A stretch of 64,000 nt of DNA from positions 10,790,001 to 10,854,000 of the forward strand of contig CM075994.1 of NCBI GenBank assembly GCA_038087875.1, read 5' to 3'. Each line of letters begins with the position of its first letter. Positions within the stretch are counted from its first letter, which is position 1. Of the stretch, positions 12,868 to 23,600 are shown piece after piece. Made by a program: the position numbers and the translations under genes. Source of the DNA: Malacoraja senta. Its lineage: Eukaryota. The notes under the pieces were generated by a model. That model searched no databases. It was not told the origin of the DNA and saw only the letters and a program-made list of their open reading frames with translations.

Positions 12868-14728
12868 CTGACTGCAAAAGTTTCTATAGATATGTGAAGA
12901 GAAAGAGATTAGTTAAAACAAATGTAGGTCCCTTGCAGTCAGAAACAGGTGAATTGATCATGGGGAACAAGGATATGGCGGACCAATTGAATAACTACTT
13001 TGGTTCCGTCTTCACTGAGGAAGACATAAATAATCTGCCGGAAATAGCAGGGGGCGCGGGTCAAAGGAGATGGAGGAACTGAGTGAAATCCAGGTTAGTC
13101 GGGAAGTGGTGTTGGGTAAAATGAATGGATTAAAGGCCGATAAATCACCAGGGCCAGATAGGCTGCATCCCAGAGTACTTAAGGAAGTAGCTCCAGAAAT
13201 AGTGGATGCATTAGTGATAATTTTTCAAAACTCCTTAGATTCTGGAGTAGTTCCTGAGGATTGGAGGGTAGCAAACGTAACCCCACTTTTTAAGAAGGGA
13301 GGGAGAGAGAAAACGGGGAATTGCAGACCAGTTAGTCTAACATCGGTAGTGGGGAAACTGCTAGAGTCAGTTATTAAAGATGGGATAGCAACACATTTGG
13401 AAAGTGTTGAAATCATTGGACAAAGTCAGCATGGATTTACGAAAGGTAAATCGTGTCTAACGAATCTTATAGAATTTTTCGAGGATGTAACTAGTAGAGT
13501 GGATAGGGGAGAACCAGTGGATGTGTTGTATCTGGACTTTCAGAAGGCTTTCGACAAGGTACCACGTAAGAGATTAGGATACAAACTTAAATCACACGGT
13601 ATTGGGGGTTCAGTATTGATGTGGATAGAGAACTGGCTGGCAAACAGGAAGCAAAGAGTAGGAGTAAACGGGTCCTTTTCACAATGGCAGGCAGTGACTA
13701 GTGGGGTACCGCAAGGCTCAGTGCTGGGACCCCAGCTATTTACAATTTATATTAATGATCTGGACGAGGGAATTGAACGCAACATCTCCAAGTTTGCGGA
13801 TGACACTAAGCTGGGGGGCAGTGTTAGCTGTGAGGAGGATGCTAGGAGACTGCAAGGTGACTTGGATAGGCTGGGGGAGTGGGCAAATGTTTGGCAGATG
13901 CAGTATAATGTGGATAAATGTGAGGTTATCCACTTTGGTGGCAAAAACGGGAAGGCAGACTATTATCTAAATGGTGGCCGATTAGGAAATGGAGAGATGC
14001 AGCGAGACCTGGGTGTCATGGTACACCAGTCATTGAAAGTAGGCATGCAGGTGCAACAGGCAGTGAAGAAAGCGAATGGTATGTTGGCCTTCATAGCAAG
14101 AGGATTTGAGTATAGGAGCAGGGAGGTTCTACTGCAGTTGTACAGGGTCTTGGTGAGACCACACCTGGAGTATTGCGTACAGTTTTGGTCTCCAAATCTG
14201 AGGAAGGACATTATAGCCATAGAGGGAGTGCAGAGAAGGTTCACCAGACTGATTCCTGGGATGTCAGGACTTTCATATGAAGAAAGACTGGATAGACTTG
14301 GCTTATACTCGCTAGAATTTAGGAGATTGAGAGGGGATCTTATAGAAACGTACAAAATTCTTATGGGGTTGGACAGGCTAGATGCAGGAAGACTGTTCCC
14401 GATGTTGGGGAAGTCCAGGACAAGGGGTCACAGCTTAAGGATAAGGGGGAAATCCTTTAAGACCGAGATGAGGAAAAACTTTTTCACACACAGAGTGGTG
14501 AATCTCTGGAACTCTCTGCCACAGAGGGTAGTTGAGGCCAGTTCATTGGCTATATTTAAGAGGGAGTTAGATGTGGCCCTTGTGGCTAAGGGGATCAGGT
14601 GGTATGGAGAGAAGGCAGGTACGGGATACTGAGTTGGATGATCAGCCATGATCATATTGAATGGCGGTGCAGGCTCGAAGGGCCGAATGGCCTACTCCTG
14701 CACCTATTTTCTATGTATCTATGTATCT
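12868..14728 (+). mobile_element. CR1 LINE (subfamily a), 5'-truncated, uninterrupted RT ORF 13070-14632
   Basis: 520-aa ORF with [31 protein letters not shown]; (CTATGTAT)n tail. Confidence 0.92.
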
Positions 14729-15065
14729 CACACGAGGGAGGGGCAGATTGCACATTAAACTGGCCTGAATATGGACGAGAAAGACGAAGGCAGGACAGAA
14801 AGGGACGGGGCCCGGCGCTAAGGAAGCCTGGGGTGGAACCTGAGGAGGCGTTGCACCTGTTGGGCAGTGGAACCCGCTGCCCGCATCTCCGTTCACAGCC
14901 CGGGATCAGGATGGACGGAGACCTCCCTCCGCCCTTATTTTATTCCACAAACGTGCACATGTCTCTCATGCCGCAGTCTTCGGGGCAATCTATGTTTGCG
15001 TGTATTGTTTAAACGATATTATATGACCATCTAAAATTCATTGCAGTTTCCAAAGGTTTACTTTG

Positions 15066-15160
15066 TCTGTCTGAAGAAGGGTCTCGACCCGAAACGTCAC
15101 CCATTCATTCTATCCATAGATGCTGCCTCACCCAATGAGTATCAACAGATTCTTTGTCTG
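15066..15160 (+). ncRNA. Penelope-terminus fragment with minimal type I hammerhead-ribozyme motif
   Basis: CTGAAGA-A-GGGT-CTCG-ACCC-GAAA-CG-TC at 15071-15098: core, stem II and palindromic ACGT at stem III. Confidence 0.65.
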
Positions 15161-15164
15161 CTGA

Positions 15165-15465
15165 TCAGTTTAGTTTAGGTTAGTGTAGAGATAGTTTAGA
15201 AATCAGGCCACTCGGTCCACCGAGTCTGCACCAACCAGCGATCCCCACAAATTAACACTATCCTGCACACACTGGGCACAATTTTACACACTCACCAAGC
15301 CAATTAACCTACATACCTGTACGTCTTTAGAGTGTGGGAGGAAACTGAAGATCTCAGAGAAAACCCACGCGGTTACGGGATTCAACATACAGTCAGCACC
15401 GTAGTCGGGATCGAACCTGGGTCTCTGGCGCTGCAAGGCAGCAACTCTACCGCTGCGCCACCGTG
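15165..15465 (-). mobile_element. tRNA-derived SINE (V-SINE/HE1-type)
   Basis: Reverse strand reads CACGGTGGCGCAGCGGTAGAGTTGCTGCC...CCAGGTTCGATCCCG..., with a (CTAAA)n-like tail. Confidence 0.8.
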
Positions 15466-15660
15466 GAATCAGTGAGTGGAACAAGGAACACTCAGATTCG
15501 AAAGCCCAATTGGCAGCATTTCCTCCGCCCCTGCAGGTCATTCTTGCCGCTAATGCTTCCGAGATGGCGCCCAACCAAGGGGTTTATTTGCGTGCGATGC
15601 AGATCTACAATCACATATTACAATCGCCCCACACTCTTAAATCTCTACTCCCACCTCATC

Positions 15661-15895
15661 ATTTCTCAGCAGGACAGGCAGCGTGTCTAGCGAGATGGAA
15701 TGGCTGACGTTTCGGGTCGAGACCCTTCTTCGGACACTTTCACTCATTTTTTCTACATCTCATTATATCACCGTCTATATCTCTCGCTTCCCTTTCCCCT
15801 GACTCAGTCTGAAGAAGGGTCTCGCCCCGAAATGTCACCCACTCCTTCTGTCCAGAGATGCTGCCTGTCCCGCTGAGTTACTCCAGCATTTTGTG
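15661..15895. mobile_element. Two Penelope termini in inverted (divergent) orientation, each with a hammerhead-like motif
   Basis: Minus-strand motif 15706-15733 and plus-strand motif 15809-15836, each followed by GATGCTGCCTGTCC..CTGAG-type sequence. Confidence 0.7.
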
Positions 15896-16660
15896 ACTAT
15901 ACCCTGATGTTGTACTCTGGGCCTTCATTGATGAGGTTCTGGATTCCCGTTGCCAATACTGGCTGCACTTCAATGTGAATTACGCAGGTAAAACACTCTG
16001 TGGTCTCCGAAAAGAAATGCGAGGTCATTGTATAAATGTTAGCGGGTTGTGACGCTGCAATGCTGAGAACTATATGCTGCACATTGTAACTGTCCCTTTT
16101 CCCTATCTATTGTACTGGAGTTTGACTTAATTGTATTTATCTTTGGTATTATCTAATTTGACTGGATAGGATGCAAAACAAAACCTTTGGACACGTGAAA
16201 ATGATGAACCTAAACCAGTTTGGGACTGGAGACTCTGCTCCAGGTGGGGGTTAGTGCCGGGGGTTGGAGGGGGTCATGGATGTGTTACGGTTCGATTTGT
16301 GATCCTCAGACTTGATGGACGATTGGCTTCTTGTATTTTAAATCATGCGTAAAAAAGATCAAGCCTTTACAGAATTTACACGGGGTAGTGGATGGTCAAC
16401 TACCTAAGACAGAGGTGAGGGAGGGGGCTGGCGGCGACTGAAACAAGGAATGTTCTACGTATCCTTCAGAGAGACAGAGAGAGCCTGAGCACAACGGGCT
16501 CCCACCTGGAACGGGAATCCGGTTTGAACCCATTCTTCCAAAGATCCGTTTCGAAGAAAACGTATCTGTTGTGTGGAGAGCAAATGCTGCAAACACGATA
16601 TAAATTCTTCGTGTCGGCGAACTTTAGGACCCGGGGCAGCCCGGAGCTCGTTGTTTCAAT

Positions 16661-16798
16661 CCCGATAACCCGGTCCCGGGGCCGCGCTGCCCGAGTCTCC
16701 CCCACCCCCCCCCCCCTCCCTCCGGGGACTGACTCTCTGATTCTTTGCTTCTCCCCCCAGTCTCCGTCACCCTGGATGTAGAAACAGCGCATCCGCTC
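16661..16798 (+). repeat. Inverted copy of the TRIM-B intron 5/exon 6 junction (17593-17737)
   Basis: Near-identical reverse complement, including the polypyrimidine tract, AG and first 38 exon nt; flanked by TTGTTTCAATC at 16651-16661 and 16805-16815. Confidence 0.9.
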
Positions 16799-17001
16799 GG
16801 GAGATTGTTTCAATCTATATAGTTTCACAAAAGTAATTTCTGTTCCGTTGCCGGACCCGGTTAACGCGTTAAAATGAACGGATCGACAGACAGCTCTGAT
16901 TTCAGTTGCTGTTTATTTCACTCTTCCCACATTTACATTCCCCCTGGTTTTATTTCCGCGCTCACTCACTGGGGTTTGTTTCCCGAAGCGGAATTTGGGG
17001 A

Positions 17002-17630
17002 TTAAATGGGAGCCGTTCGTTCAGCGCCGACCTGTTGTCCACCGGGTTTCTGCCCCACAGCCCCTGAGCCCCGCTTCTGACGCCGGACCCGGGACCTGAC
17101 CCTTTTAACACCCGGACCGGAGCAGATTCTCAGCCACTGATTTTCATCCCAAGTCCAGAAGTAAGGATAAAGTTTCTCCGTGAATTTATTCCCAGTGAAG
17201 GTGTGGAGATGGGACTTGGTGTCCGCGTCGTAAAATGAAACTGTCCCGGACTCGTAACTGAGATAAACTCCCACCTTCCCGGGGATGGGACGGGCGGGGA
17301 GAGGGGATGGAGGGGAGGTGAATGCTTGAAACTCGCCATCCCACCGCCCGATGCTCCAGACTCCAGTCTCCGGGGTCAGGTCGTCCTCTCCTTTCCTCTC
17401 CACAGACTCTGCGGCGACTCCCAGACTCCAGACCCGACTCCCCGCCACCTCCACCTCCCAGTAATGTCTCTCCGATGTGAATCCTTCCGATCCCAGCACA
17501 CACGTACTGTCTGTAAACCTCTTCCCGGTGTCAGGGAGACTCCTCCGGATCCCGGTACATCTCACCATCTTTCGATCCTTAGACACCTCGAGGAGCGGAT
17601 GCGCTGTTTCTACATCCAGGGTGACGGAGA
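17002..17630 (-). CDS. TRIM-B exon 6, PRY-SPRY (B30.2) domain with extended basic C-terminus
   Basis: Acceptor ccccag|TC; (V)[11 protein letters not shown]...RHYWEVEV...KLYPYF...[19 protein letters not shown]...API*. Confidence 0.9.
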
Positions 17631-20600
17631 CTGGGGGGAGAAGCAAAGAATCAGAGAGTCAGTCCCCGGAGGTCGGGGGGGCGGGGGGGGGGGGGGGGGA
17701 GACTCGGGCAGCGCGGCCCCGGGACCGGGTTATCGGGAACGAGAGAAGATGGTCCGTGCGGACGGGGAAAACGGATGCGCAAAGTGAGGATGAAGAAATA
17801 AGGTATTCAAATATCTTGCCAGTAGATGGTGAGGGAGAGGCAGATTGGAAGATGAGGAGACGGATATAAGTGGTAATTAGAGGTGCTTACAGAGGATGTA
17901 GAGATGTGGGGTGGAGTTGCTGTGATCATACTGAACGGGAGTGGACTGGACGGGCGAGGCAATCTGCTACTGTTTACTTGCTTTCTTTAGAGGAGGGTAG
18001 ATTTGATGGTTCTTTGCAACCGAGAACTTCACTGAGGGAGTTGACAAAGTTCCGGGTGTAAGTCTGGTCCAGAAAGCGAAGGAAAGTGGGATCCAAGCAA
18101 GCTGCTTAATTGGATCCACAATTGGATTGGTGGTTTGAGGTAGAAGGTAGCGGTGGAAGGATGATTGTTCTGCTTGGAGGTCTGGTGACGGGTGGTGTGC
18201 AGCGGAGATCGGTGCAGTCACTGTTGCTGTTCATTTTATGCTTTCATTGCTTGGATGTGAATGTTGGAGGTGTGACTAGTAAGGAACTGAAGGAAACCCA
18301 CATTAGACAGGAAATGGTGCTGGGTAGACTGATGGGACTGAAAGCTGATAAATCCCCAGGGCCTGATGGTCTGCATCCCAGGGTACTTAAGGAAGTGGCT
18401 CTCGAAATCGTGGAAGCATTGGTGATAATTTCCCAATGTTCTATAGATTCAGGATCAGTTCCTGTGGATTGGAGGGTAGCTAATGTTATCCCACTTTTTA
18501 AGAAAGGCGGGAGAGAGAAAACAGGGAATTATAGACCCGTTAGCCTAAAATCGGTGGTGGGGAAGATGCTGGGATCAATTATAAAAGATGAAATAGCAGC
18601 ACATTTGGAAAGTAGTAACAGGATCAGTCTGAGTCAGCATGGATTTACGATGGGGAAGTCATGCTTGACTAATCTTCCGGAATTTTTTGATGATGTAACT
18701 TGGAAAATGGACAAGGGAGAGCCAGTGGATATAGTCTAAATGGACTTTCAGAAAGCATTTGATAAGGTCCCACATAGGAAATTAGTGGGCAAAATTAGAG
18801 CACTTGGTATTGGGGGTAGGGTACTGACATGGATAGAAAATTGGTTGGCAGACAGGAAACAAAGAGTAGGGATTAACGGGTCCCTTTCAGAATGGCAGGC
18901 AGTGATTAGTGGGGTACCACAAGGCTCGGTGTTGGGACCACAGCTATTTACAATATACATCAATGATTTGGATGAAGGGATTCAAAGTAACATTAGCAAA
19001 TTTGCAGATGACACAAAGCTGGGTAGCAGTGTGAACTGTGAGGAGGATGCTATGATAATACAGAGTGACTTGGACAGGTTGGGGGAGTGGACAGATGCAT
19101 GGCAGATGAAGTTTAATGTGGATAGATGTGAGGTTATCCACTTTGGTATCCAAAACAGGAAGGCAGATTACTATCTAAATGGCGTCAAGTTGGGAAAAGG
19201 GGAAGTACAACGGGATCTGGGGATCCTTGTTCATCAGTCTATGACAGTAAGCATGCAGGTACAGCAGGCAATGAAGAAAGCCAATGGCATGTTGACCTTT
19301 ATAACAAAAGGAGTCGAGTATAGGAGCAAAGAGGTCCTTCTGAAGTTGTACAGGGCCCTAGTGAGACCACACCTGGAGTAGTGTGTGCAGTTTTGTTCCC
19401 CTAATTTGAGGAAGGACATTCTTGCTATTGAGGGAGTGCAGCGTAGGTTTACAAGGTTAATTCCTGGGATGGCGGGACTGTCATATGCTGAGAGAATGGA
19501 GCGGCTGGGCTTGTACACTCTGGAGTTTAGAAGGATGAGAGGGAATTTATTGAAACACATAAGATTGTTAAGGGTTTGGACACGCTAGAGGCAGGTAACA
19601 TGTTCCCGATGTTGGGGGAGACCAGAACCAGGGGATACAGTTTAAGAATAAGGGGAAGCCATTTATAACGTAGACAAGGTAACACTTTTTCACACAGAGA
19701 GTTGTGAGTTTGTGGAATTCTCCGCCTCAGAGGGCAGTGGAGGCCGGTTCTCTGGATAATTTGAAGAGAGCTAGATCGGGCTCTTAAAGATAGCAGAGTC
19801 AGGGGATATGGGGAGAAGGCAGGAACAGGGTACTGATCATGGATGATCAGCGATGATCACATTGCATGGCAGTGCTGGCTCGAAGGGCCGAATGGCCTAC
19901 GTCTGCACCTATTGTCTATTGTCTATAAATTGTGGAATACGGGATATGTTATGGATAGCGAGGAAGGAGATCAAAGTCTGCAGCATTATCCTGGAGATGG
20001 GGCACACGGGGGGGGGGGGGGGGAGGTGTCACGTCCCTCCCATGTTCTGAGAGGTGGGGGACAATCCCACCCATGTTTTGTAATCCAGATTTTGAAATTC
20101 GGTAAAAAAAAACTATTAAAATCTCCGCTTTCCTCAAGACAGTAGGGGTGTCACTGCTCAGCGCTTGTTAAATGTCTCTATTAACATCGTATTAACACGA
20201 TGTGTCACCAATTGTGTTTTGACCTTCAAGTATTACTGAAGGTATTCACGGAGAATTTCTTAACGCTGTCTGATGCGGGTACAATTACCATTTGAACTAA
20301 TTGGATGTATTGGTGGATGGGAAAGATTTAAACGGGTATCGTATTTAAATGGGTCAGGTCGAACGGGTTTCCTGGCTGGCTGCAGGTAAGTCCCTCATTC
20401 ACGGACACTCACGTTATTTAGTATGTTTTTCCCATCTCTTTCGCTCTCTGCCCTCCAAGGTTGGTTCTTCTGTTTGCCTTTATTTGCTTCAGTTTTATTT
20501 GTTTAAGTGTTATTTATCACATTGTAGCTTTTGAAAGATTCAAGCGGGTATCAGACGCTTTCTATGGGCTGAATCGGTCCGTTCGCGGGGCCTTTAATCG

Positions 20601-23600
20601 CCCGGCGCGGCTTAGAATTAAACTGCTGCGTCGAGGCGATCGAGGCTCCCGATGTTGAAGCCCCCACCGGCCGATTTTAAGCCGCGCCGGGCGGTGAAAG
20701 GACCCGCGAACGGGCCGATTCAAGCCCCACGATTCGGGGTGGACGAGGCTGCTGTTACTGGAGTTCGGAGTCGGTCACCAACCAGGTCAGCTCCCGATGT
20801 TACCGTCCACAGGGCCCATGGCCGAAGCCTCTGAAGCCTCGCGTTTGTGCGCGTGGCCACCAAGAAACTATGCCCCGCCCCCCATGTTTTGACAGCGATT
20901 TCCGCCCCTGAAAGATCTTCAGAACATTATGTTCATTCAGGGATATGAAAACTGGAGGGTGCGGGTTTTACACAAGAGGATGGAATTTTAAAGTAGATCT
21001 GAGTGGCATGTTTTCTTCATACACGGATAGTGCTTGATATCTGGAATATTTTGCCAGAAAAGGTGGTGGAATCAGATGTAATCACTACATCTAAGAGGCA
21101 TTGCAATTTAACAAATAGGGTGTAGAATAATACAGTTCTAATGTGGGCAAATGGGATTTGTGAGTCTGGGAAAAAAGGTGGCCATGGACGCGATGGGGCG
21201 ATGGGCCTGGCTCTGTAATGTACAACTTTGGCTCTCTGGCTCTAAGAGCAGTGAATGACTGATTATCCACAGCCATGGGTGTAGGGAATTCCAAAGGTTG
21301 CCCAGTCTCTGCGTGCAGTAATGTCTCCTTGTCTCTGTCCTAAATGGTCCAGCCCACATTCTGAGAGGGTTTCCGCTGGCTCCAGACCCCTCAGACAGGG
21401 GAAACATCCTCCCTGAATCCAGCACACTGAGCCCTGTAAGTAATTTGTGTTTCACTGTGATCTCCTTGATTTGAAACATATAAGAATGTTGATGGCTTGG
21501 ACACACTAGAGGCAGGAGACATGTTCCCGATGTTGGGGGAGTCCAGAACCAGGGGCCACAGTTTAAGAATAAGGAGTAAGCCATTTAAAATGGAGACGAG
21601 GAAACACTTTTTCTCACAGAGCGTGGTGCGTCTGTGGAATTCTCTGCCTCAGAGGGCGGTGGAGGCAGGTTCTCTGGATGCTTTCAAGAGAGAGCAGGGC
21701 TCTCGCTTAACTTTTTTTCCCTGTTGCCAGCCAGGCAACCTTGGCAGCTTTTTAGGTTGCCAAATGAAGTTTAGGTGGTCATTTAAGATGGCTTGCATGA
21801 CGCGTGCTCGGACGAAGTGTGTAGTTACCAGTCGGAATTATGCTCAATGAAGCATTCACATATTATTTCTACTTCAAATAAAGTCACAAACTAACATATT
21901 CACCAATCAAGACATGATATATACCACAATGACATGTAGCAACATTATAATACAGTATCAACTCTTTTTACACATTGTAATTAATGCAATTTCTATTATT
22001 TCTTTCCACTTCCAAACAAAAATGTGGTTGGATTATTCAGCTTATGATCAACCTGTGTCAATAAATCCTGGACCTTGATAACATATATGCTTAACCATGC
22101 ACACTACAGATTGATGCAAGTATGTTTTCTGTGAAGGACCGAAAATTATCATGACATGGCCATAGCATGCGTCGTTATTGCTATTGGTACAGAAACACTC
22201 TCGCTTCCCACATAATTTATCCACAACAAAATATACAGGTAGCAAGGAATTTTCTAAAGGAATTTTATGATAATAGCTATTAAAACTGACTATACCCATC
22301 TGACAGGTTAAACATTACACTAACTAACAAGCGATGGCCAAAGGACATAAATGCAGCAAATGTTCTTTTGGTAATATATTTAAAGGTATCAAGACGCCAC
22401 CTTACCGGACATTCAGATTAGATGTATGTGTTGTGAACAGCAATGAAGATACCCAGTTTGTAAGCAACATTTTTTTTTTAAATTGTTGATAAACGCTTTT
22501 TCCATCATTCCCACTTCAGAATTAACGTTAAAATTTCAACTGAAATATCTCCTGACCAAATTTGTGATGTATATGACTGATTGTAGAAGTAAAACCTGGA
22601 TAAATCCAACGTATAGTTGTGAATGTTGCTCATTAAATAACTACAGTACTGATACTCCATATTAAGAGCATTGATTTGCCATTAAAATGAATTCTGTAAT
22701 AACATGTAAACAGTAGCAGTGACAAGCGAACACTGCGGTTTTAATGTTTCACGTGTTCACAATTTAATTAATCCATCTTTAATCCACAAATAATAACATT
22801 GGGAATTAAAACATATTTGATTGCATTCCGTTATCAAACATAGTCAATGTTCGCTTGAAGACATTTCCAGCACAATAGGGTCGGGAGGGTGGTGCAGGTG
22901 TGTGAATCAGTGCAGGATGGATAGATGGTGGTGGTGGGGGGGGGGCTTGAGAAGGCAATCGGTGAGGATTGGATGGATTGAGGTGGGGGAATTAGTGCGT
23001 GTTGGTTGGAGTAGGTAAAATTGTGAGGGGAGAGCACCGGGGATGACAGTGGGTTGAATGGGGGGGATCTGTGCAGGATGGATGGGGGGAGGAGTGCAGG
23101 ATGAAGGGGTGGTGCAGTGCAGGATGGATGGGAAGGGGGATCAGTACAGGATGAATTGGGGGACCAGAGTAGGATTGATGGGGAGTGGCAGGAGAATCAA
23201 TGCGAGGTGGATAGGGAGATCAGTGCAGGATGAATAGATGTGGGGGGGGGGGGGGGGTAGATGAGGAGGGGAGCACAGGGGATGTCAGTGAGGACTGAAT
23301 AGAGGCAGGAATGGGAATCAGTGCGGGATGGAGAGGAGGGGTCTCAGGATAAGGGGAGTGGATGGGGCGTACAAGAGAGAGAAAGAGAGGAAGGCGCAGA
23401 GGAGGTGGGTAGGAAGGCCAGCGCTCCTCGGACAACACCAGCATCATCGCTGCCTTGGCCGTCCCTGTCAGGCACGGAAATAGCTATCAAAATATGGAGG
23501 GGACCGGGGGACAGAATATCTTGGTGGCCGCGCGCGCATGCGCACACTCACACACACGTGCGAGGCTTCGGAGGCCCTGTGAACGGTAATTTCAGCTCAA

